Shown here in pieces: positions 7,537 through 15,029 of a stretch of 20,000 nucleotides of DNA. Position numbers and translations under genes: made by a program. Under the pieces are notes generated by a model, which worked only from the letters and a program-made list of their open reading frames with translations, was not told where the DNA came from and made no database searches. This DNA comes from an uncultured virus (IMG/VR IMGVR_UViG_3300029319_000024). Its lineage: Duplodnaviria; Heunggongvirae; Uroviricota; Caudoviricetes. Every line of letters starts with the position of its first letter. The stretch's first letter is position 1. The stretch spans positions 53,877 to 73,876 of IMG/VR virus record IMGVR_UViG_3300029319_000024, one strand, 5' to 3'.

Positions 7537-8188
7537 TAACGAAATACACGTAGACCAAAGCGGAGCTACAGCTAACATAGATTTAGAACAACTTGGTTCT
7601 GGTAACATAATCGGTGGTTTGCAATCTACAGCAGGAAGTTTAACCGCTCTTGATTTAGACGGAACTTCGTTAACTCTTGATATTAACCAAATAGGTGATA
7701 CAAACAAATTTCTTGGTGATATATTAGGGGACTCTGTAACAGGCTTTTTTGAATTTGATGGTGATAGTAATACTTTTACTATTCAAGGCGACCCCACTAA
7801 TACTTATGGTATTGATAATTCAAATTATAATGTTGATGTTACAGGCAGTTCTAACACATTCACATTAGACCATGGAACAAGTGCATTAGCTGCTACATTA
7901 GATTTAGATTGGATTATACAGGGTGAAAGTAATACATTTGACTTTGATATAAATTACGACGGTGGTACTTCTTATGTTGATGTTGATGGTGATAGTAATA
8001 CTTTAAACTTTACAGGCTCTGGTTATGCTGGTGGCTATTTTTATTTAGACCAAACAGGTAATTCTAGAACATTTAATATTACACAATCAAGTACATTAGA
8101 TAATGACTGGCTCAAAATTATATCTATTGGTAATAGTGGTACTGTTTGCGTCATTCAAAACGACGGCGGAACAAGCACAAGCTGCTGA
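7472..8188 (+). CDS. Secreted curlin-like (CsgA/CsgB-like) beta-solenoid repeat protein
   Basis: GGAGG RBS at 7461-7465, signal peptide MKQLKL...TTYA; repeated units VDQSG, LEQLGSGN, INQIGDTN, FDGDSN, VTGSSN, IQGESN, VDGDSN, LDQTGNS with alternating hydrophobic residues; rich in D/G/N/S/T; follows csgG. Confidence 0.75.
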   Translation: MKQLKLMSLIAMLSVLTTYAADNEIHVDQSGATANIDLEQLGSGNIIGGLQSTAGSLTALDLDGTSLTLDINQIGDTNKFLGDILGDSVTGFFEFDGDSNTFTIQGDPTNTYGIDNSNYNVDVTGSSNTFTLDHGTSALAATLDLDWIIQGESNTFDFDINYDGGTSYVDVDGDSNTLNFTGSGYAGGYFYLDQTGNSRTFNITQSSTLDNDWLKIISIGNSGTVCVIQNDGGTSTSC

Positions 8189-9218
8189 TATTGGAGATAT
8201 ATCTGAACTAAACGGCTCTGCTCAAATTGTAAGAGATAAACCTTACGACGCTAATTTAAAATTTGCTATACAAAGTAATGACGAAGCTATAACTAAAAAT
8301 GGTCGTATGGCTATTACTTTTCTTGACGAGTCTGTAGTAAAACTTACCGAACATTCACAACTTCTCATAGATGAATATATTTATGACCCTGACCCCAGTA
8401 AAGCCAAAATGGCACTTACCTTTGGTCTTGGTACAGCAAGGTTTATTACTGGCAATTTAAATCGTATAGATAAACAAAATATACAATTAAAAACTCCTAC
8501 AGCAAATATAGCTATTCGTGGTACTGATTTTACTGCTACGGTTGATGAACTAGGTCGTTCACTTATTATATTATTGCCTGACCCTTTTGGTCTTTCTAGT
8601 GGCGAAATAGAGGTAGTTACAGCAACTGGTAGTGTTTTATTAAATAAACCTTATCAAGCTACAACTGTTTCTGTGTGGGAAAGCACTCCCACTAAACCTG
8701 TAATATTAGATTTAACTTTAGATATTATAGATAATATGTTAATTGTTACGCCACCAAAAGAAGACGCTGTTGTACAAGAAGAAGCAACTACAGCTAAAAC
8801 AGTTAATTTATTAGATTTTAATGATTTAGATATAGATTATTTAGCAGAAGATTTTTTAGAAGATAATAGTTTAGAGTTTACAGAATTAGATATTAATTAC
8901 CTTGATGTTAATTTTTTAGAAGATTTATTAAATGTATTAGACGCTCTTGCTATAGAAAAAGAAGAAGACCAATTAGCGTTAGCTACAGGGGTGAATGTTT
9001 CTGGTACTTTAATTGGTCAAGACTCAGATACACAAATAACTACAATAGTAACAGGACAGGTTATAAGTTTACGTAGGAAAGTAAGTGAGTCTGTGCAATT
9101 AGATTTAAATTCAGGAAACGGTTATACAGTAATTTTGATACAAGACGGAGTATCTAATATAATAAAAATCAATGGTGGAGGAGACTCTGTTATAACGATT
9201 AACCAAAGTAGCGGATGA
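8103..9218 (+). CDS. Secreted FecR-domain protein with acidic linker and beta-rich C-terminus
   Basis: Signal peptide (..AQA|ADIG), IG-x-I-x-EL-x-GSAQIVR, D-x-I-x-T-x-NG, ITFLDES-x-VKLTEHSQLLID, G-x-ARFITG, KTPTANIAIRGTDF are typical of periplasmic FecR domains. Confidence 0.85.
   Translation: MTGSKLYLLVIVVLFASFKTTAEQAQAADIGDISELNGSAQIVRDKPYDANLKFAIQSNDEAITKNGRMAITFLDESVVKLTEHSQLLIDEYIYDPDPSKAKMALTFGLGTARFITGNLNRIDKQNIQLKTPTANIAIRGTDFTATVDELGRSLIILLPDPFGLSSGEIEVVTATGSVLLNKPYQATTVSVWESTPTKPVILDLTLDIIDNMLIVTPPKEDAVVQEEATTAKTVNLLDFNDLDIDYLAEDFLEDNSLEFTELDINYLDVNFLEDLLNVLDALAIEKEEDQLALATGVNVSGTLIGQDSDTQITTIVTGQVISLRRKVSESVQLDLNSGNGYTVILIQDGVSNIIKINGGGDSVITINQSSG
8811..8930 (+). repeat. Two degenerate tandem 60-nt (20-aa) repeats with 5-residue Leu periodicity
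   Basis: LDFND LDIDY LAEDF LEDNS / LEFTE LDINY LDVNF LEDLL inside the FecR-domain gene. Confidence 0.75.
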
Positions 9219-10948
9219 AGAAACTTATATTTATATTATTACCTTTATTAGCATTACCTTTATTGTTTCAAAGCACGCCTACAGAAATATTAAAATTAAA
9301 AACTTTTGATGCTTTAATAAAAGAACAAGAGCCTAGCGGTAATTTTGTAATACTTAATATAACTGAAGAAGATGTAGAGCGGGAAGGTGGTTATCCATTA
9401 CCTAGGAAAAGATTAGCAGATATACAATTAGAAATATTAGGTAAAGGTGCACTTGGGGTTGGTTGGGTTATTAGTTTTCCACAAGCAGATAGACTTATGG
9501 GAGATGAAGATTTTGCTAGGTCTTTAGGATACGCTCCGAGTGTATTAGCTACTTTTGAAGACGGTAATCAAAACTATCCTAAAACAACAGGCACCGTTAT
9601 TAAAGGTCCTGATGTTAAGGGATTAGCGTCTACAGGAGTTAAACAAAATTTTTATTTATATGATGATATAGCACAAGGAGTTGCTATAGCCCCCACAGAA
9701 GTAGACCAACTTGTTAGGCGTATTCCTCTATTATTAAAAACGCCTGACGGTTGGGCTCCTTCTTTTGGAGTTCATGTGTTAAAAAATTTAACAGGAGCTC
9801 GTACTTATATAATTACTACTAATGATAACGGAGTGCAAGAAATAGCTGTTAGGGGAATACCACCAGTTAAAACAGATAGTCTTGGGCGTAAGTGGATTAG
9901 TTGGGTAAAAACAGAAGAAACTAATTTACAAGAAATGGATGTAAACGGTAAGTTTGTTTTCGTAGGAGTTACAGCAAATGGTGTAATGCCGCAAATTGCA
10001 ACACCTGTTGGTTTATTAGAACCACATAAAATACAAGCAGCGTTATCTGAAAGCGTATTAATACAAAATAGTCCTTATATTCCTGATTACGCTTTAGCTT
10101 TAGAACTTTTAATATTTATAGCGTCTGTAGGGCTTATCTGGGCGTTTATAAGCTATCTAGGGATAACTTGGGGAGTAAGTCTAGCTTTATTAACTATAGC
10201 CTTAACGGGCTTATACGGGGCTTATACGATAGGTACAGGTGTTTTAATAGACGTAACATGGGCTTTAATAAGTCAATTTATAACAGGAAGCGTAGCTTTT
10301 TATCTTAGATTTAGAGAACAATGGAAATTAAGACAACAAATTAAGAAACAATTTGAACATTATTTAGACCCCAGACAAGTTAAACGTTTACAAAAAGACC
10401 CTGATTTATTAAAACTAGGTGGAGAAAAAAGAAGATGTACTTTCTTATTCACAGACGTTAGAGGTTTTACTGCGTTATCAGAAACATTACCGCCAGAAGA
10501 AGTAACTAAAATAATGAATAAAGCATTAACTATACAATCTGATGCAGTACAAAAATATAACGGAATGGTAGATAAATACATAGGTGACGCTATGATGGCA
10601 ATATTTAACGCACCATTAGACCTACAACACCATGAACAAGTAGCTGTAGAATGTGCAAAAGAAATACAAGAAAATATAATAAAAGCAGATATAGGTGTTG
10701 CTATAGGAGTAGGCGTAAATACAGGAGAAGCCGTTATTGGTAATATGGGTAGCGATACACGGTTTGATTATTCAGCTATAGGGGACGCTGTAAATACTGC
10801 TGCTAGATTAGAATCAGCTACTAAAGAAGCAGGGGTAAACATACTTATAGGCGAAGAAACTGAGAAATATTGTGGTGTTTCGTTAAAACCATTAAAACCT
10901 ATAAAAGTAAAAGGTAAAGAAAAAGCTTTAAAAATATATACTTTTTGA
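9215..10948 (+). CDS. CHASE2-domain membrane adenylate cyclase (class III)
   Basis: N-terminal signal/TM, divergent CHASE2 (ILNITEED..GGYPLPR, VDQLVRRIPLL, VFVGVTA..TPVG...IQA), three TM helices, then FEHYLDP, LGGEKR, FTDVRGFT, VDKYIGDAMMAIFNAP, GVGVNTGEAVIGNMGS..RFDYSAIGDAVNTAARLE, VKGK. ATGA overlap with the FecR gene. Confidence 0.95.
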   Translation: MKKLIFILLPLLALPLLFQSTPTEILKLKTFDALIKEQEPSGNFVILNITEEDVEREGGYPLPRKRLADIQLEILGKGALGVGWVISFPQADRLMGDEDFARSLGYAPSVLATFEDGNQNYPKTTGTVIKGPDVKGLASTGVKQNFYLYDDIAQGVAIAPTEVDQLVRRIPLLLKTPDGWAPSFGVHVLKNLTGARTYIITTNDNGVQEIAVRGIPPVKTDSLGRKWISWVKTEETNLQEMDVNGKFVFVGVTANGVMPQIATPVGLLEPHKIQAALSESVLIQNSPYIPDYALALELLIFIASVGLIWAFISYLGITWGVSLALLTIALTGLYGAYTIGTGVLIDVTWALISQFITGSVAFYLRFREQWKLRQQIKKQFEHYLDPRQVKRLQKDPDLLKLGGEKRRCTFLFTDVRGFTALSETLPPEEVTKIMNKALTIQSDAVQKYNGMVDKYIGDAMMAIFNAPLDLQHHEQVAVECAKEIQENIIKADIGVAIGVGVNTGEAVIGNMGSDTRFDYSAIGDAVNTAARLESATKEAGVNILIGEETEKYCGVSLKPLKPIKVKGKEKALKIYTF

Positions 10949-11030
10949 TATATAATCAATGTATCAGCCATAGTGCTGCAGTTTACGGGGTGAGCTTTAA
11001 CTCGCAAAACGTTAAGATAACGCAGGAGAA
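10927..11030 (+). promoter_or_regulatory. Candidate sigma70-like promoter and structured 5' leader
   Basis: Perfect TATAAT at 10951-10956 with only a weak -35 (TTTAAA at 10927-10932); followed by about 75 nt of GC-richer non-coding sequence ending in AGGAG RBS. Longest intergenic stretch in the window. Confidence 0.4.
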
Positions 11031-11032
11031 AC

Positions 11033-11140
11033 ATGGTTGGCGTAGATAAAACTATATATAAGAAAAAAGCACAGAGCCGTTCTGGTTTTGTTATATACAC
11101 GTCTAAAGGAAAGAAGATAAAAACTAGGAGTAGATTTTAA
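11033..11140 (+). CDS. Small basic protein (35 aa), not in ORF track
   Basis: MVGVDKTIYKKKAQSRSGFVIYTSKGKKIKTRSRF; AGGAG RBS at 11024-11028; TAATG-coupled to the next gene. Confidence 0.65.
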   Translation: MVGVDKTIYKKKAQSRSGFVIYTSKGKKIKTRSRF

Positions 11141-12126
11141 TGTCTGTTCTTGGTGCAGTTATAGGAACTTTAGGTAGTTTACTTGCTGGTAAAGTTGCTT
11201 CTAATAGACAAAAAGACCCTAAAGGACCTATTGGTTCAGGAACCGCACCTTCTATACAACCTGGAGAAGGTGGAGGATTTACCCCCGTAGCAGGCAGTGA
11301 AGTTCAAGATTTTGGCGATTTCGAATATGAAAATATGATGGAGCCCGAAATGACTGAAGAACAACAGTTAGCGATGTTATTACAACAATTAGGTATGGGT
11401 GAAGAAGGTGGCGTAATAAACGCTGCTTATGGTAAAGTATTAAAAAGAAACACTGGTGGTATTTTAAGTATTTTGGAAAATAACCCTGATTTATTTAATT
11501 TAGATGCTTTAAGTATGTTTAAGACAACAAATCCAAAAACTTCTGGAGAAATAATAGATTTTACACAACCTAAAATAGATGAAGTATCCGCAGTAGAACA
11601 AGATATGTTTCAAAAAGAACTTTTAGAAGGATTAAATAATATTCCAGCACCTAGCGAAGAATTATATGCAGGAACTCCTCTTCAAGAAATGATGTCAGAT
11701 GTGGAGGGTTTTGCTGAAGCTAATCCTGAGTTATTTAAGGCAGGTATTGGAGCTATAGGTAATGTACTTATGGCTGCTTTAAAAGATATGCCTGAACAAA
11801 AAGGTAGTCAAGTTATGACTAAAACATTACCCGCAGGCAATGCAGCACGAAGAAGAAATCAATTAGAAAATATAACACCGTTAGGTGGTTCTAGTGTTAC
11901 TTTTGCTAAAAACGGTAAAGTATTACAAAGACCTATGTTCATGCCTCACGGTGGTACTATACACGGTCCAGGAGGTCCTAGAGATGATTTAGTTCCTGTT
12001 ATGGCGAGTAATGGAGAATATATGTTATCAAAAGCGGCAGTAGACGCAGCAGGCGACGGTAGTCATGCTATGGGTATTGCTAGATTAAATAAATTTAACG
12101 AAATGGGAAATAGAAGATATGGCTAG
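11140..12126 (+). CDS. Probable internal virion / DNA pilot-like protein
   Basis: Gly/Ala-rich amphipathic N-terminus (MSVLGAVIGTLGSLLAGK), low-complexity middle, C-terminal GG-x-I-x-GPGGPRDDLVPVMASNGEYML motif known from ejected and tape-measure-related phage proteins. Confidence 0.6.
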   Translation: MSVLGAVIGTLGSLLAGKVASNRQKDPKGPIGSGTAPSIQPGEGGGFTPVAGSEVQDFGDFEYENMMEPEMTEEQQLAMLLQQLGMGEEGGVINAAYGKVLKRNTGGILSILENNPDLFNLDALSMFKTTNPKTSGEIIDFTQPKIDEVSAVEQDMFQKELLEGLNNIPAPSEELYAGTPLQEMMSDVEGFAEANPELFKAGIGAIGNVLMAALKDMPEQKGSQVMTKTLPAGNAARRRNQLENITPLGGSSVTFAKNGKVLQRPMFMPHGGTIHGPGGPRDDLVPVMASNGEYMLSKAAVDAAGDGSHAMGIARLNKFNEMGNRRYG

Positions 12127-13273
12127 TAGAGAAGACCAAGAATATTCCAGTCAAGCCCCCGCCCCGTATATAGGGCAATTTTTACAAGGGGATGTATTTC
12201 CTTTTGCACAACAGTTTTTAAGGCAACAATTTAGAAATTATGGGCAAGCTGATTCTAGTCCTTATACTTATACAGGACAAAGGGTAGCCGATTTTGACCC
12301 TAGAGAAATATACGGAATGCAACTTGCTGATTCTGCTATAGGTAGTTATAGACCATATTTAGGTAGACAAGCAGGTTTATTAGATGAAGCTAGTTCTAGC
12401 GTTAGAGCAGGACAAGATTTAGGACGTGGGTTTTTAGATAGAGCAGAAGGTACAGGTTACGCATCAACTGAAGGATTTGACCCTAGAGGTATAGGCAGTT
12501 TCTATAATCCATACGAAGACCAAGTAGTAGACCAAGTAATGCGTGATGTACGTGAAGGATTAGCTAAAGGCGATATGGGTATGCGTGATGAAGCAGTTAA
12601 AGGTGGAGCTTTTGGTGGTGCTAGGTCAAGATTAAGACGTGGTGAATTAGCTAGTGATGTTGCTAGAGGTGCAGCAGAAACTGTAGGTAAAATCAGAAGT
12701 GGTGGTTATCAAGACGCAGCTAATAGAGCACAACAAGCATTTGAAGCAAGAATGGGTAGAACTGCAGGATTAGCAGGATTACAATCGCAATTAGGACAAA
12801 ATATTTTTGGTATGGGGTTACAAGGTGGTCAAGGGTTAGGTGGTTTCGGCGGTCAGTACGGTCAAATGGCACAAGTATTACCACAACTACAACAAGCAGA
12901 TATTCAATCTATGATGGGTATGGGTGGTTTAGGTAGAGGTAGACAACAATCGTTAATGGATTTAAATTACCAAAACTTCGTTGGTCAATACAACTTACCT
13001 ATGCAAACGTTACAAAACGTTGGTGCACTTACTGCTTCTCTTGGACCTATGGCAGGTGGTTATGGTTATGCAGGTGGTGCTCCTACAACTAATATGAATT
13101 ATCTTCCACAAGGAGGCATGGGAACAGGTTTGATGGGAACTAATGTAGCTAGTTCAATAGCAGGTACTAATCCCAATACTAACTATAACACGGGTATAGG
13201 TGGGGGAGGCGGAGGCTATAACACAGGTACGGGCAATAACTTCAGTTTTCAATATCCTACGATGATAAGATAA
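12119..13273 (+). CDS. Probable DNA transfer/ejection protein (Gly/Gln-rich)
   Basis: YTGQRVADF, FYNPYEDQVV, GGAFGGAR, IRSGGYQDA motifs and G/Q/A-rich helices typical of podovirus ejection proteins. Confidence 0.65.
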   Translation: MASREDQEYSSQAPAPYIGQFLQGDVFPFAQQFLRQQFRNYGQADSSPYTYTGQRVADFDPREIYGMQLADSAIGSYRPYLGRQAGLLDEASSSVRAGQDLGRGFLDRAEGTGYASTEGFDPRGIGSFYNPYEDQVVDQVMRDVREGLAKGDMGMRDEAVKGGAFGGARSRLRRGELASDVARGAAETVGKIRSGGYQDAANRAQQAFEARMGRTAGLAGLQSQLGQNIFGMGLQGGQGLGGFGGQYGQMAQVLPQLQQADIQSMMGMGGLGRGRQQSLMDLNYQNFVGQYNLPMQTLQNVGALTASLGPMAGGYGYAGGAPTTNMNYLPQGGMGTGLMGTNVASSIAGTNPNTNYNTGIGGGGGGYNTGTGNNFSFQYPTMIR

Positions 13274-15024
13274 TGGCTAAATTTACTCCATTTCCAACAT
13301 TCGGCGGTAAAGACGGCATTGCTGGAATTACTCCTGTTAAATTACAACCTACGCAAATGAGGTTTCCTACGGCTCGTCCTAGACCTAGTCAAGGACAAGC
13401 ACCTGCTGATGTTAATCCAATGGCTTTTATAGCACCATTACTTTTACAAGGTATAGGGAATAAATTTTTCCAAAAAGACCCTGTTGTAGCACCTGAGCCT
13501 ATAGCTAGTGATATAAATAAAACATTTTCTATAGAGGATATAAGAAGTGAATTAGGAGATACTGCTGCAGCAGAATATCAAGCAGACCAAATATATGGAC
13601 CTGAAATGAAAGATACTAGACGTTCTAGAATCGGTAATTTTTTATTAGATTATTTACCTGCTTTAGCTTTAGATGACCCAAGAGAATTATCTGGCTATAT
13701 GAGTATGGCTAATGCTATGCGTAAAGATAAACAAACAAAAGCACTTGAAAGGAAAAAATTTGTAGGAGCTAATGTAAATGCTATGGCAGGAAAAGTATTA
13801 AACGTAACTCCTGCTTATGATGTAAATAATACAGAAATAGCTCGTAGTGCAATAGAAGGACCTAATGGTGGGTTTTATATATCAAGTTTAGGCACTGCTG
13901 AAGATGTAACCGTCGATGGAACAAAAGTTCCTGAAGGAGAATACTATAGAAATCCTAAATGGATTATAGGTGAACCATATAAAAATGACGCAACTTTAAA
14001 ACCAACAGCTAAAAACGTAGGCAATGAGTGGGTAACTAAGAGAGATGAATTAGAAGTAGTTGCTGCTAGTTTAAGAGCTTTTGCACCAACAATAACAGAT
14101 GCTGTACAAATTTATATGTCAAATGAAGAACTAGCTACATTTTGGCGACCTTTAACTGAACTTAGAAATTCGGGTAAAGCTTTCATAAACGCTGTTAAAG
14201 AAAAGAAAGGAATAGTTTTAGAAAATAATCCAGACGGTAGATTAAGTTGGTTTGACCAATCAACAGGTGAAGTAACTGAAGCATTTTTAAAAGGAGACGT
14301 TATTCCTTATATGGAGGAAGTATATAATCCAGAAACAAAAAGTTTTGAAATGCAACCTCGTGAATTAGATTTAAGAACTTATTTTGGTGACGCAGCTAAT
14401 GACGCAGAATTAAGGTCGATAATAATTAATATGGCTTATCTGGCAGCAGCTGCAAATGGTCAAACAGGTAGAACATTATCAGATAGAGATTTAGCATTAC
14501 ATTTACAAGCGTTAGGTAGTGCTTTTGAAGGTAAAGGAATAAAAGACCCTAAAGCAGCATTACGTGCTATGACTAGTTGGTATCACCGTACTATGGAAAC
14601 TGCTAGTTTAAAAATGCAAGAATTAGAACGAAGTAGTTTAGCTAATGATTGGCGTTCTTATAATCAAAAAGATACTCCTTGGGCACCTCGATATCAAACA
14701 GGTACATATGACCAATTAACAGACGCACAATTAGATAAAGGAATATTACCTTCTCAAAAATTATTTAAATTATCACAAACTTGGACTAATGAAGGAGATG
14801 CAGATTGGTTAAATTATCTTAATACTTTAGCCCAAGCTAAATATAAATTTAGAACGAGAGAGAGTAGTCCAGGAAGTAATCCAATAAAAGATAATCCTAT
14901 AAAAGGTATTGATTGGTTTAATAATTATTATTTACCGTATATTAAACTACTAGAGGGTGCGGATGTTAAAGAAGAGATAGATAAACGAGAAGTTCCCGAG
15001 AGCGGAAGAAGTAGGGTAGGTTAA
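13273..15024 (+). CDS. Large hypothetical protein (583 aa), probable internal virion protein
   Basis: Long ORF, TAATG-coupled, within the ejection-protein block; GRTLSDRDL motif in a helical region. Confidence 0.6.
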   Translation: MAKFTPFPTFGGKDGIAGITPVKLQPTQMRFPTARPRPSQGQAPADVNPMAFIAPLLLQGIGNKFFQKDPVVAPEPIASDINKTFSIEDIRSELGDTAAAEYQADQIYGPEMKDTRRSRIGNFLLDYLPALALDDPRELSGYMSMANAMRKDKQTKALERKKFVGANVNAMAGKVLNVTPAYDVNNTEIARSAIEGPNGGFYISSLGTAEDVTVDGTKVPEGEYYRNPKWIIGEPYKNDATLKPTAKNVGNEWVTKRDELEVVAASLRAFAPTITDAVQIYMSNEELATFWRPLTELRNSGKAFINAVKEKKGIVLENNPDGRLSWFDQSTGEVTEAFLKGDVIPYMEEVYNPETKSFEMQPRELDLRTYFGDAANDAELRSIIINMAYLAAAANGQTGRTLSDRDLALHLQALGSAFEGKGIKDPKAALRAMTSWYHRTMETASLKMQELERSSLANDWRSYNQKDTPWAPRYQTGTYDQLTDAQLDKGILPSQKLFKLSQTWTNEGDADWLNYLNTLAQAKYKFRTRESSPGSNPIKDNPIKGIDWFNNYYLPYIKLLEGADVKEEIDKREVPESGRSRVG

Positions 15025-15029
15025 ATAAT

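Noticed and set aside
9215..10948. Pycsar or CBASS-type defence cyclase
   Set aside because: Receptor-type CHASE2-3TM architecture with adenine-specifying residues, and no adjacent cNMP-binding TM/TIR effector; not a CD-NTase fold.
10949..11032. CRP box, tRNA or intrinsic terminator after the cyclase
   Set aside because: No TGTGA-N6-TCACA, no cloverleaf/T-loop signature, and no hairpin followed by a U-tract on the + strand.
2807..11100. Minus-strand ORFs in the track (2807-3241, 3492-3743, 3940-4125, 4398-4778, 5304-5555, 6654-6890, 6936-7244, 7296-7526, 7396-7707, 10360-10581, 10768-11100)
   Set aside because: All lie antisense to well-supported + strand genes, lack recognisable motifs, and look like shadow frames.
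11140..12126. Tape-measure protein call from the GPG..DD.VP...SNGEY motif
   Set aside because: Only 328 aa and the surrounding genes look podovirus-like; better treated as an internal/pilot protein sharing the motif.
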